Shown here piece after piece: positions 42,150 through 54,629 of a stretch of 64,000 bases of DNA. The position numbers and the translations under genes were made by a program. Source of the stretch: Phyllosticta citribraziliensis (taxonomy: Eukaryota); contig NW_027117338.1 of assembly GCF_038025025.1 (NCBI RefSeq), positions 682,001 to 746,000 on the forward strand, read 5' to 3'. Positions within the stretch are counted from its first letter, which is position 1, and each line of letters starts with the position of its first letter. Below the pieces are notes generated by a model. That model saw only the letters and a list, made by a program, of their open reading frames with translations. It was not told the origin of the DNA and ran no database searches.

Positions 42150-43319
42150 TTAATCCACCGGAGCATGCTTGAAGAGGAAAGATACGGACTCTCCGTTGTG
42201 AGTCCGACGGCAAGCTTCCGCGAGCTGTTTTGTATTAGCGCCACCACTCGTGTATGATTGCCTGCTACTTACCGTCGGGCTGATGTCGATGGTCTCGATC
42301 CTGGGGCAGATGAGCTTCTTTTCTTCGTGTGGCACGGTGTTGGAAACCACGAGCTTCTCCAGCTTGCTGTTGTTGAGAGCCTCAATGGCGTTTCCGCTAA
42401 GGATGCCGTGGGTGACGATCGCAATCGCTGACTTTGCGCCGTGCTGGATCAAGACGTCCGCAGCCTTGACCAGGGTACCGCAGGTGTCTGCCATGTCATC
42501 GACAATGATTGCACACTTTCCAGTAACGTCTCCAACGAGCACCATTTTCGAGACCTCGTTCGGCCTCGCGCGCTCCTTGTGGATCAGGGCGAAACCCAGG
42601 TCCAATCCGTCGGCAATGCTGGTTGCCCTTTTCGCACCACCCGCATCAGGGCTGACAATGACGCAGTCCTTGACTGGAAGGTTTTCCCGAATCCAACGCA
42701 GAGTGCTGGGCTCGGCGTACAGGTTGTCTACAGGGACGTTGAAGAAGCCCTGGATTTGTGACGCATGCAGGTCCATTGTAATGACGTGGTTGCAGCCAGC
42801 GGTCTGGAGCATGTTCGCCATGAGCTTCGCCGTGATGGGAGCGCGAGACTTGTCTTTCTTGTCCTGGCGGGCGTATGGGAAGTTCGGTATGACGGCGGTG
42901 ATGCGGCGCGCCGAAGCCGTCTTACAGGCGTTGATCATGATGAGGAGCTCCATCAGACCGTCGTTGATGTCGCCGGGGGCAGTGGATTGGAGAATGAAGA
43001 CTTGGCGTCGTTAGTCTGTGCTATTCCGTAGAAACGCCAGGTCGTGCAGGACTGAGCACAGCTGGGCAGCGAAGACAGCGTAGAAGGGCTAATCAATACC
43101 ATCTTCGTCGCGCACAGACTCTCCAATGGTGACAGAAGTCTCCTGGTTGGAGTACTGGAGCACCAGGATCTTGGTGAGCTCAATGCCGAGTCTAGGCGGG
43201 TCAAACAGTCAGCGGGGTGAGTCGCAGCGGCAGGTGTGAGGGAGGTACCTGTCGGCTACACGTTTGGCCAGCGAGGGATGGCTGTTGCCAGTGAGCAGCT
43301 TGATCGAGTTGGTGGCCAT
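42150..43319 (-). CDS. PRS: Ribose-phosphate pyrophosphokinase (PRPP synthetase), 4 exons
   Basis: [64 protein letters not shown] and [10 protein letters not shown]. Confidence 0.97.
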
Positions 43320-43614
43320 GTTGAGGGTTTCCGGACGTCAGCTTCGAGACTGGCGCACCTGGGTGGTGGAGCTGCTGTGGTGTGGTCGAAGAGCGATGGA
43401 CAAAATCCGTGCTTGCCCGCATGCGCGGGACGAAATTCTGCCCCAGCCGCCCACACCGCCCGGCTGGGGCCCGTGCGCCGGTCCCGCCGTTTCGCCGCTC
43501 CGTTAGCGAGGCCCACGGCAAAGAATTCGTCGCTTTTGCAACACCTTCTCGACAACCCGCGACGACAATCCACCCGGCCAATCGAGTCTTGACCTCACCG
43601 CGAGAGCCGTCAAG

Positions 43615-44470
43615 ATGAAGCTCAACGTCTCCTACCCGGCCAACGGCACTCAAAAGCTCATCGAAATCGAGGATGAGCGCAAGCTCCGCATCTTCATGGA
43701 CCGCCGCATGGGTCAAGAGGTTCCCGGCGACAGCGTTGGCGACGAGTTCAAGGGCTACGTCCTCAAGATCACCGGCGGCAACGACAAGCAGGGTTTCCCG
43801 ATGAAGCAGGGTGTCATGCACCCTACTCGTGTCAGGCTGCTCCTCGGAGAGGGCCACTCCTGCTACCGCCCTCGCCGCACTGGTGAGCGCAAGAGGAAGT
43901 CGGTTCGCGGCTGCATCGTCGGCATGGACCTTGCCGTCCTTGCTCTCTCCATCGTCAAGCAGGGCGAGGCCGACATTCCCGGTCTGACCGATGTCGTCCA
44001 CCCCAAGCGTCTCGGCCCCAAGCGTGCCACCAAGATCCGCCGCATGTTTGGTCTCAGCAAGGAAGACGATGTGGGTTTCTCCCCCTTATTCGTTCTTCGC
44101 CGGTTCACGGTCTTTGTGTGAATCGAGTCTGATGTACCGTTTTTTGAAAAATAGGTCCGCAAGTTCGTCATCCGTCGCGAGGTCCAGCCCAAGGGTGAGG
44201 GCAAGAAGCCCTACACCAAGGCTCCCAAGATCCAGCGCCTGGTCACTCCCCAGCGCCTCCAGCACAAGCGCCACCGGATCGCACTCAAGCGCCGCAACGC
44301 CGAGAAGCAAAAGGACGCCGCTGTACGTGGAATCAATTCTCGCCCAATCACACCAAATACTAATTTGATTCTAGTCCGAGTACGCCAAGCTCCTCCACAA
44401 CCGCGTCGTCGAGGCCAAGACTGCCCACGACGAGGCCAAGAAGAGGAGGGCTTCTTCGCTCAGGAAGTAA
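43615..44470 (+). CDS. RPS6: 40S ribosomal protein S6 (eS6), 3 exons
   Basis: [52 protein letters not shown] and C-terminal RRASSLRK. Introns 44071-44154 and 44323-44373. Confidence 0.99.
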
Positions 44471-45047
44471 ACGGTCGTCTAGGAGAACAATGGGCACCAA
44501 AAGACACAATCGTCTGCTGCAGCGCGGTTCAGGGCCAAAAAAGCAGATGTTTTCGATACCGGGTTTCTATGAAGACATGGGCATACAGTGGATTGGTTGA
44601 GGGCGGCGTAGAATCATGGATCGAGGTTACTCCAATGCATCAACTTCGCCAGTCACGCTTCCGGATGTGCACACGGGTGTGGGGAGGTTTATATTCAAAA
44701 ATGAAGTGATTGTGAAGAGCATTATCACCTAAATGCGCTAGTATGGTACGATGAGCACTTTTGCAGAGGTCATCACAAAATGGTCTATTAGCCCAGCAAA
44801 CACGATCTATACCCCAACGCCCTGCAAATGCGCGCCAGACAGCCAGATGCAAAACACAGGCGGTGCTACACAATTACAGAAATTGATCACCCCCAAACTC
44901 CGCTGATGATCCGCATCAATCCAAGGAAAAGTATGGTCAGGCACAGACAGTGAGTCCCCAGAAAGCGCACTGACCAAGATCTATCCGGAGTGCCACTTGC
45001 CGAAACCCACACCATGCCATGCTTGTAATCAATCGACCGGTATAGGC

Positions 45048-46293
45048 TCAATTGTCCACATCCTTGAGCTTTCTGTATAGCTTCTTGTGCTGTTCCAAAA
45101 ACAAGAAGGTAGCGATGGTATGGGGACCAAGACGGATAAAGCTAGGAACCCAGCCTCTGAACATCCAGCCAAAGCCCTCGAGGCGGTTAATGTCGACGAG
45201 CAGTTTGGTCAAGCTCTTGCTTTCGCCGTGGGCGCTCATGACGCGGGTCTTGATAACGTCCACAGGAGAGCAGACGGTCGTGGCCACGAAGCCGGCGGCC
45301 AACGACGCCGCAAAGTGCGTGCCCAGCCCGTCCTTCAGCGGCGTATACTCGAGTATCACGCTCTTGAAGCCGTCGTAGCTGGCCAGTTGCGACGCCGTCA
45401 TAAGCACCGCGCGCATGCTGTTGGGCCACACGCCGCGGAACAGCGTTGCCGCGCCCTCCTCGCGCGTCATCCGTATCAGCCCGTCAATTGCGTTTTTGTA
45501 GTTGCGCCGCGCGTCTGGCGGCAGCGCCGCGTCGTGCTGCATGCGCACGTTCAACACGTCGGCTGGGTTGCCTGCTATGCCGCCCATGAATCCGGATGTC
45601 GAGGCGATGGCAATGAGCGTGGGCATCGAGGGGGAGGAGGTGGGCGTCGTGAGGTAAGTCTTGATTTGCTCGTACACGCCAAAACGCGTGGTGGAGTAGG
45701 TTATTTGGCGGAGAAGGGACGCGGAGAGCTAAGCGCGGTCAGTTACTGCTGGGACTAAATGAGGCGACCAGCGTGGAGTCAGGGACTTGGAGTGTGTCGT
45801 GATTGTTGGGCTGGCAGCTGTCATTCTTCCCCGGCAGTGTTTCAACAAGCCGATTTGCGGAGGCCGTAGAACGATGCGCCCTTGTCCCCAACCCTCCGTT
45901 GGCCGCGCCCAGGTGTTTTGACGTACCCCTCGATATAAGCCCGTGATTCCATTATGTTTGGCGACATGGACAAACATTTGCACCATGTTTAGGCGCTGGC
46001 CGGACGGTTGCGTTTGCAGTCGGACCTTTGAAAATGGCGTGAGCTCGTCTCATCACGGTACAGAAATTTGGTGGGAGAGCGAACCTTGACTGCGCGTTCA
46101 ATTAGCATTTCCAGGGCTCGGATCAGGGTCCAGAGGAAGGGCGCTTCTTACCCAAGTCCAGCGGATGCGTAACGCATGCCGCAAAGCTCGAAGCCGAGCC
46201 ACCGAACCAGAAGGGGTATTTCACAGGCCCTTTGGTCTGGGTGTTCTGCTTGGGCGGGACCATTGCCAGCTCTTTTGCTGCAGTCGCGGACAT
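45048..46293 (-). CDS. DIC1: Mitochondrial dicarboxylate carrier (SLC25), 4 exons including a 5-nt microexon
   Basis: YPFWFGGSASSFAACVTHPLDLVKVRLQT, LSASLLRQITYSTTRFG, GNPADVLNVRMQHD, CSPVDVIKTRVM and GWVPSFIRLGPHT. Confidence 0.93.
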
Positions 46294-46636
46294 GCTTGAC
46301 GCTATAAGCACGATCGCATGCCGGGCCTCGACTGCCAAATTCAGCGCCGAGGAGGAGTGGAGAGGGAAAGGAGGGCGTTGGGTGAATGACAGAGAATTGT
46401 TTTGAGGGCAGCACAGGGTCCCGCCGACATGGCATCATGAGCCTCGACACCGACGGCCAATCATGTCAGCCAGGATTTTTCAATGTCGTACGACAGTTGC
46501 CGCCGTCTTCGCTCTGACCCGCCGTGCGACGCGGCAATGACATTTGTGTGCCGGTGACAGAAAAAGGACCGGCCTTTTGTTCCACCTGCCGACCGTCTGA
46601 CGTCGGCTCGCCCTCTCGGATACACGCTGCACCATC

Positions 46637-48545
46637 ATGAGGTTGCCCGTCGGTCTTCAGCACCTCTTCACCCGAGCAGGCTCAAGCTCATTGAGGCCGA
46701 CCACGACCACTTTTAGAGTCCGACAGCTTGCACAGTGCCGCTACTCCAGCACAGGTAGGAGCTTTTTCTGTTTGTCCGCTGCGGTCAACATTTCACCTAT
46801 TCCCGAGTTTTTCTGTTTACCAAGAGCTTTCCAATTCTTTGACATGTTTTCTTGCTTGGATCTTGAGCCAATTGCATGAGTGACAAATAAGCAAGCACCC
46901 GATTTCTCTTTTCCTCTTTATTTTTCTATTTTCCCTTCTTCCGCCTCTCCTTCTTCTTGAGCACTCAAGCAGTCTTCCACATGACTTTCTTTTCGTTTCC
47001 CCGTACAAGGCAGGTAGCCCTTGGACTTCAAGCCTTACAATAAAGATTTCCAACACAGCTCTATTGTGAAAATACTACTGCCCCCTCACAACCTCTGCCC
47101 TCGTTACATTGAGCATTTCTCCTGACGCCTTTTCAGCTCCAAAGACCATCACCATTGACGGCAGAGAATACCAGACCGACGACTGGTTCAACACGCCATC
47201 AACGATAACCAGCGCAGTTGGCCGGCGCCTACATCTTGAGCCGGCACACCCCATCTCCATCACACGCCAGCTCATCGAGTCTCGCTTCCCTGGCTTCCAA
47301 TCTCACAATGACCTATTCCCGGTGGTCAGCGTAAAGCAAAACTTTGACTCGCTCGGATTTCCCGCAGACCACCCTGGCCGTAATCGCAGCGACACCTATT
47401 ACATCAACAAAGAGACAGTCCTACGCACGCACACGTCGGCGCATCAAGTAGACATCTTCAACGCCAACACTTCCGCCGGCTACCTCATCACTGCCGACGT
47501 TTATCGCCGAGATGCCGTGGACCGCAGCCATTACCCCATCTTCCATCAAATGGAGGGTGCCATGACATGGGACCGCAATGACCTGCAAGGTCACAAGAGC
47601 CTGGCCGATCTCATCTGGTCTGACGTCGCTAAATTGCCCAAGCACGATATGAAAGTATTAGACCCCAATCCGACCCATCATCCCGAACGCAACCCTCTTC
47701 AGAAAGAGCACAACGAAGAGGAAGTTGAGGCCATCGCAACCCATCTCAAACGAAGTCTCGAAAATGTTGTCGTCGAAATCTTCACGCAGGCGCGCAAGGC
47801 CGCGGCCAAACTCAACGCGTCGGGCAACTCGGATCCCGCCAAAGCCAGCAGTGAAGACGACGAACCTTTGCGCGTCCGCTGGGTCGAGGCCTACTTCCCC
47901 TTCACTTCGCCGTCATGGGAACTCGAAGTAGAGTGGCGCGGCGAGTGGCTCGAGGTGCTGGGCTGCGGCGTGGTGCAGCAGCCGGTGCTCAACAACTCGG
48001 GCGTGCCGTCGCGGCTAGGCTGGGCATTTGGCGTCGGCATTGAGCGCATCGCCATGCTGCTCTACTCCATCCCGGACATCCGCCTCTTCTGGAGCCAGGA
48101 CCCCCGTTTCCTCAGCCAGTTCAAGCAGCCCGACCCCGCAAAGATTGCGCCGTCCGTCGGCGAGCTTGACAGGGATTGGGGCTTCACCCGCTTCTCTCCC
48201 TTTTCCAAGTACCCTGCGGCTGAGCGCGACGTCTCGTTTTGGCTGCCTGGCACTGTGGAGTCGTCATCGGCGCCCAGCGCTGCCGGCGGCTTGATGAGTC
48301 CTGCAAACTCGGCGCCGGTGCACGAGAACGACGTCATGGAGATTGTGCGTCAACTGGCTGGAGACGTGGTAGAGAATGTGACGCTGGTCGACGAGTTTGT
48401 GCACCCAAAGAAGAAGAGAAAGAGCATGTGCTACAGGATCGTCTACCGCAGCTTGGAAAGAACTCTGACCGGAGAAGAGGTTCAAGAGTTGCACAAAAAT
48501 ATCGGAGACAGGCTTGTGGAGCAGCTCCATGTTGAGCTCCGTTAG
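46637..48545 (+). CDS. MSF1: Mitochondrial phenylalanyl-tRNA synthetase, 2 exons
   Basis: Arg/Ser/Thr-rich presequence in exon 1 and intron 46754-47136. Motifs DHPGR, LRTHTSAHQ, YRRDAVDRSHYPIFHQMEG, YFPFTSPSWE and GWAFGVGIERIAM, plus a C-terminal ferredoxin-fold anticodon-binding domain (RDVSFW...YRSLERTLT). Confidence 0.96.
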
Positions 48546-48843
48546 TTGATGTCCGCAGTAGCACCAAAATCTCACTACTCAACTGCCACCGCAGGTTTGC
48601 GATGTGCATCGTATTTGTCAAACATGTCAGCAGATCCACGGATATCACGCACGCTGCCGCCACAAGGCCCAATCAAACTGATCTAAAAGTGCTCTCAAGT
48701 CGAATTCCCTATTTTTTGTGATTTTTCTTCAAGATATTACTGTCAAATGCTCCATATCAAATTCGCAGTCCAAATCCCGTCTACAACCATCCGAGTCCCA
48801 GCGTGTTCAACAGAATCCTCTTGTGGAAATGGTTCACGGTCTC

Positions 48844-49419
48844 TCAAATCCTCTTCCTCTTAGACCAGACCTCGCCATCATCCACGCCGTCGTCGAACGA
48901 CGGCTTCTCATCCGCGCCCCAAGTGTGGCGTTCATAGTTGTTGTCGCAGTTGAAGTAGTCATGCTTGTCTTTCTCCTTGGACAGATCGACCTCGTAGTTG
49001 CAATACCAGATGGTGTTCTTTTCCACCTCATAGGCGTAGTAGATGATGAGATCATTGACCCCGATGTCCCACTGGTTGAATGTCAGTCCCCAATATCATC
49101 CACAGCAGTAGTAGGCGTGATAGTGCAATGGAGCTTGGCGAGATGATAGGACATGACGCACCTTGTACAGAGGGAAAACCAGGCCCGCGCAGTTGCCGGC
49201 TTTGTCAGAGTCCCTTGCCTCGAAGTAAAAAGGTTTGTACCTCCTGTCGCCCCTGATGGCGTCGCGGCCTCCCTTTTGCAACTCGTAGCGGTTGACGTCG
49301 CGGCGGTTGCCTTCACACGTGACGGTGTAAGGGAACTTGCGGTACTTGTAGGCCGACGCGGTAGTGCTGAAGAAGAGAAGGAGAAGGGTGGCGAACAGGG
49401 TAGTTGTGACGGAACGCAT
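48844..49419 (-). CDS. Small secreted protein (161 aa, 4 Cys), orphan/effector-like, 2 exons
   Basis: Signal peptide MRSVTTTLFATLLLLFFSTTASA. Intron 49072-49161 (GTGCGT...CTGAC...CAG) joins ...FPLYK to WDIGVNDLIIYY...KRKRI* in frame. TATATAAA on the minus strand at 49543-49550. Confidence 0.8.
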
Positions 49420-52400
49420 TTTGGTAGTTTAGCTGAAGGCAAGAACGAGGATTGATTATCGAATGGTAGTTCTGGTGATGTCTGGGAAGGAAGTCTTAGA
49501 CCTGCTGCTGATGAAGGAGAGAGGAAATGGGGCTGTACAGCATTTATATAGTTCCCCCGGGTGCTCCATCACGAAGACCCAAAGTCCCCTTAGCATCTGC
49601 CCTCAGCATTGCCTCTCTCCCATGCTTCCGCCTTGGTATCCATCACCCCCCGGCGCTCGCCCTGCCCTCGGCAACGAGCAAGCAAAAAAGTCACAGCAAA
49701 ACAAGCACCCCTGCCTTCCAATAACGCCTCCTCGCACGGAGCACTACACCACAGCCGCGCAGTCCCCCTCAGCAACCACGGAATTCTCAATCCAACTAAG
49801 CTCTCTCGAATTTACCCGTTCAGGTAGCTGCAGGCGTGTGTGAATGTTGCATCTGGGGTGATTTAAAAAAAGAAAATATCAAGCTTGTTCGAGAACAAGA
49901 CGTAGAAGCTGACCATGAATTTACTACCTCAGCCGCCACGACCACTTCAGTGGAGCGGGGAACAGGGAGGAGCGGGAGCTTTCTGTCACCCTGACGTGCT
50001 TCTCTCGCTGCCTCATTGGCTTTGCTTCTCACTGCCATCCAGCAGCACTCGTGAAGCCAACCTCGCCAGCCACGCAGCTGGACTGCGTCCTCCACCACCA
50101 GCTCCTCCTCGCCTGCCGCCTCGTTCCGCGCTTGTTCTCGTGTACACTTCGTAAATGCAAGAGCCCTCGTGCTCTTCTCCCTCTCTTTCCCACGTCCCAC
50201 CCATTCGATCAATCACAACCCCCCAAGCCTCACGTCGCCGCAATTTCACCTAGTCGAAAGAGCCGGGCAGCGCCATCACGAAGCCTAAACGCAGCCGGAT
50301 CACTGGCAAGTGACGGAGCCCGAGAACCGAAGCGCATGTGCCTTGCCTGCTTGCTCCATAGACGCCCCAAATTATGCTCGTGCCTGCCTGCCTATCCGGG
50401 ATGATTTTGTGGCTTTTTGGTGAGCGTTTATTGGCCTTCTTCGTGGATAAATGCACGCTCCGTCTGCTGCCCGATTGGTTTACGCAAGCATAAATGCATA
50501 ATTGGGCGGGATTAGCGAATGCTCGGAGGGTCAGGTAAGGCGAGGCGAAGGGAGCGAGCGGGTAGAGGTGGAGGAGGCAGTGCCCCCTCTCTAGCCCAGC
50601 ACCCCCTGTCGGTCTCTCCGGACCCATCAGCCGCGCGCGTAAGCAACCCGAACCGCTGTCTGTATGTGTGTAAGCACAAGCCGCGCGCTTAGACGGGGCC
50701 TGGGGACGTTCTTCTCGAAGCCGTGTGGAAAAAATAGAATTTTGGTCACGTCAATGCGGTAGCTTTGGCTGGCCTATCTGAGCATAATTAGCCTTGTTAT
50801 TATCCTTTCCCAGGACACTATTTTGGCCCCTCTTGCGAGTTTTTGCGTATCTTCCTGGGGTCCCGGCGAGCCTTCATTTGGAAACTCAGATGCCCGTTTG
50901 GGCCAAGCGCGGTCGTTGTGGTGGCGATTCTCGTCGCCTCGGTATATCGGCAAATGATGTTTTGGTGGAATCATGGCGGCGTTGGTGGTAATTGGCGTTG
51001 CATCCGGAGAAACCAGTGTCGAGAAGGACAAGCGGTGGTGGTAATTGCCATGTATTTCCCCGACGTCGCTATGTCTCCGGAGGCGTCCTCGTCTTCTTCC
51101 ATTGGTAGACTCTTCATCTTTGACCAGAATGTTTGATGAGACCGGTGAAGGGAAAGCCCAATGTAGCGAATGCGAATGCGACCAATGGCTGAAATTCCTT
51201 TGCGTTCCTCAGCTGCTTCAATGGCTGGCTGAGAATATTTTCAGAAGTCAAGGCATATGCGACTCATCGGCCAGGAAGCTCGACTGTCCTTGTTCTTGGA
51301 AAACAAGCACCATGAAAACGATACAGACGGTATCCTGAAGCGAGAATGATTGATGCAGGTAACCTGGAAATGGTTAGAGGCGAAATCTTTTCGTGGAAAC
51401 GAGAGCAAATTACGCGTCTAGCAGCGAGGCAATCTTGCAGGGTCAAGTTGGGATGACTTGAGCTTAAACCCATCCTCACCGGCGTGCCGTCATCCGCGAT
51501 ACCTCGGCATACAGCGACCACGGCTCTCCACTTGCCTGGAATACCTAGAAAGTAAATTTAGCGACGAGAACGAGGTGGACTATTGAAAGCGAAGCTGGAG
51601 AGGTGAGTGCGTACCAGAGATGCGGTCTCACCAGCGAGCCCCTCAAACATACTGACCCCGAAAATCATGGCGATTTTGGGATCCCTCATTCCTCCAGTCA
51701 TGCGATGACTTTCCCCCATCGACCGTTAAGCTAGCCTCCCGGACCGGCGCGGTATGCTGTGGCTGCGGTGCGGTGCGGGACGACCAACCAGGCGGCCGGT
51801 CATCCGCCACCGACAACAGCCCTATAGAGCTTAAAATCACCGGCAGGCCATACCAACCCAGGTAACTCTCCAAGCGACCCCGCCCGGCGTGTCCGGGAGG
51901 AAATAGAAAACAAGCAAGTAAATAAAGTAAACAGTAGAAGGAGAGAACGCGCCGAGCCAATGTTGTGCACACTGCTGCGTCGTGTTTGTTTCTATACTTA
52001 GCAGAAGCTTCCCAGTGATGACTTGCCTCGGGACCCGGATGACCAAGAGCCCACCGGTCTGGTTTTGGCTTTCGCTTTTGGGCAGGCTTGCGGATGGAAC
52101 GAGCGACGAAGGCGAGCGAACAGTCGACGATAGAGGAAGGGTAAACAAAGGCCAGAGCCGTTCTGAGGCCCGGACCGCCCGGATAAGGTGTGAAGCTTGG
52201 TGTCATGTTTCCGCCTGGAGGGATAAGAAGTCCTGGGTAAAAGGGTGAAAGGCGATTTCGGCGCTATGGGAGCAGTCAAGAGCACCAGTGACCAGCACTG
52301 CAGTCGCGGTGCCATTTGCCGGTAGCAGCAAGGTCTGGCTTTGGCGTGACGGGCAGCACATTGTGACCTAATGCCTCCGTGCCGAATCGAGACACATGCG

Positions 52401-52845
52401 TCGAACCACGCAGCAACCGAGAAAGAGAAACAATAGTTCGGTTACTTAGCCTAGACAAATTCGCCAGCAATGGAAGAATAACATTAAGTGTAATTGAACA
52501 CGAAAGGGAGGAAATCAAATGAAAAAGGGAACTCTACCGATGAATGAATCGTCCGAGCATTCCAATTCGCTGCTGCTAGACCAGTTGAACATACCTATCC
52601 GTGATGCTCGTTGCAGGCCATCTCTTTACCGCGACGCAAACCTCTTGCTCAGGCAAAGTTCCTCCGACCTGCATGCCTGTCTTCGTACCTGCCCCATTGT
52701 CGCGAACTCTGGATGTGGAAGAAGGCGTGTTAACACAAGTCCACCAATGATGACCACTTCCCCTGAGCGACCTCCGTTCGGCGCGAGGTAATACTCAACC
52801 CCACGGGCGAGTAGTGATGCAGACATGACCCGCACGCCACTCCAA

Positions 52846-54629
52846 TCAAGCGCTAGCCTTGGAAGCTGAGGCCTCCTCACTCTTGTGCTGGTCCTCGGAG
52901 TGCCCGTGCTTGGGCTTTTTCTTCTTCTTGTCCTCCTTCTTCGCCGCCGCCTCGGCCATGAGCTGCTCAAACGCCATAAAGTCTCCCTCTTCTTCTGGGT
53001 CGCGTTCGGCCTGAAATGGATCAAGTTAGCAACAAGCGCGAGATTTCGATAGAGCCTGCACTAACCTTGGAGAAAAGCTCGCCAATGATGACGAGAGCCT
53101 GCGCCCTCTCCACGCGCTTCTCCGGCTTGATGGTCTTGTCACCCAGGACCTTGTCACACACGTCGCGCAGCACGCTCTGGATCTCGAACTTGCTTCCTCG
53201 CCAAGCGGCCGCGAGAATTTTTCCGGTGACAAGCTTCTCGTACTCTGCCTTTTTCTCATCGGTCCAGTCTTCTCCGCCCCGCTCCTCAGCCTTGGCCATT
53301 TCCTCCATGCTCATCTGCGCGTCGATGGCGGTACTGATTGTTCCCCAGGTGTCTTTGGCCAGCTGTCCCTTGTCCTTCAGTCGGCCAAAGAATCCGCCGA
53401 TGCCCAAGAACTTTTGACTCTTGAGGAAGTTGCCTCCCTTGGACAAGTATACCTGACCGATTGCGTGCAAGATCTCCAGACCAAAGCTTTCCATCTTGAG
53501 ATTCTCCACCTCCAGCCGCATCTGCTCTTTGAAAGAATTGGTGACTTCAGGTGACTTGTCTGTCTCAGTCCATACACTGATGCGGTCGACCAGCTTTTTG
53601 GCGAGCATGGTGACACGCTCGTCACGGACCTTTTTACGCTCTTGCTCGTACGCCGCAAGCTGGTCACGTTGCTCCTTGGTAAGGCCGCCCTTCTTCTTTT
53701 CTTTGGCACGAAGTTCCTTCTCCTGCTGAGATACACCCGCAGCATCCAATCTAGCATCTTCTTCGGATTTGTCCATGATGGCTGGGCGCATCGGGATGCC
53801 CCTTGGACGAGGAGTACTCGTGCCTGACGGTGCTGGCGATGCAGCATCCTCCGTCGTCGTCGACGCCGCTGTCGTGGCAGCGGTTGCGGATGGGGCCTCG
53901 GTGGATGTTGCAGAAGGATGTTCAGTTGTCACTCCCGGCGCAGGTGCAGCCTCGGCGGTGGACGTAGATGGTGTAGCTTCCGCAGCTTTTTCCGACTCGG
54001 TTGTTGCGCCCGCCGCTGCCGCCGCGGCCTCTTCTTCCTCCGCCTCCTTCATTGTGATGTCCATGGTATGGGTGAGGTCCTTCATAAGTGATATTTCGCC
54101 AATCCTGTGACCCGTCAGTGACACGTTCAAGGGCGCTGCGATTGCATCGTCTTACCAATCGTGGAAAGCTTCACCACCGAATATCATGCCAAAAAATTCC
54201 GCCGGGTCCTCTGTGACTTGAGTTAGAGGGTGTTCTTGCGCCGCTGATATTCGCTTGCATCACGTACCAAACCCGCTGTGCGGAACAGCACCCTCTTTGC
54301 CGAACTGGTCATATTGTTTTCTGAGTTCCTTGTCGGAGAGGACTTGGTAGGCTTCGCCAATCTGCGCCAGGCGAGTTAGAAAGTGGAGACGGTTGTAGCT
54401 GTTGGCGGGGCAAGCTTACAGCTTGAAATTTCTCGTGCGCAGACTCGTCGCCCGGGTTCTTATCTGGAGTAGACGGTCAGATGTCTTGTGAGCATGCAGC
54501 GCAGGTCGCCGAAGCAAACTTGCCTGGGTGAAGCTTGATCGCAAGCTTGCGATAGGCTTTCTTGATTTCAATGTCGGTCGCGGTGGGTGCGACCTGGAGC
54601 GCGTCGTAGTAGGTTGTGTCGACAACCAT
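52846..54629 (-). CDS. DnaJ/Hsp40 protein of the Djp1/Caj1 type (J domain + DnaJ-X), 6 exons
   Basis: [11 protein letters not shown]...[18 protein letters not shown] (HPD is restored by GC-AG intron 54464-54523), [31 protein letters not shown] and [17 protein letters not shown]. Confidence 0.93.

Noticed and set aside
42225..42272. Apparent insertion [16 protein letters not shown] in PRS, and similar ones in the nucleotide-sugar transporter and MER3
   Set aside because: Ordinary in-frame introns with GT, branch site and AG signals.
46026..46152. Possible stwintron (nested intron) interpretation of the DIC1 5' region
   Set aside because: It would delete VK from the conserved carrier motif; the microexon model fits better.
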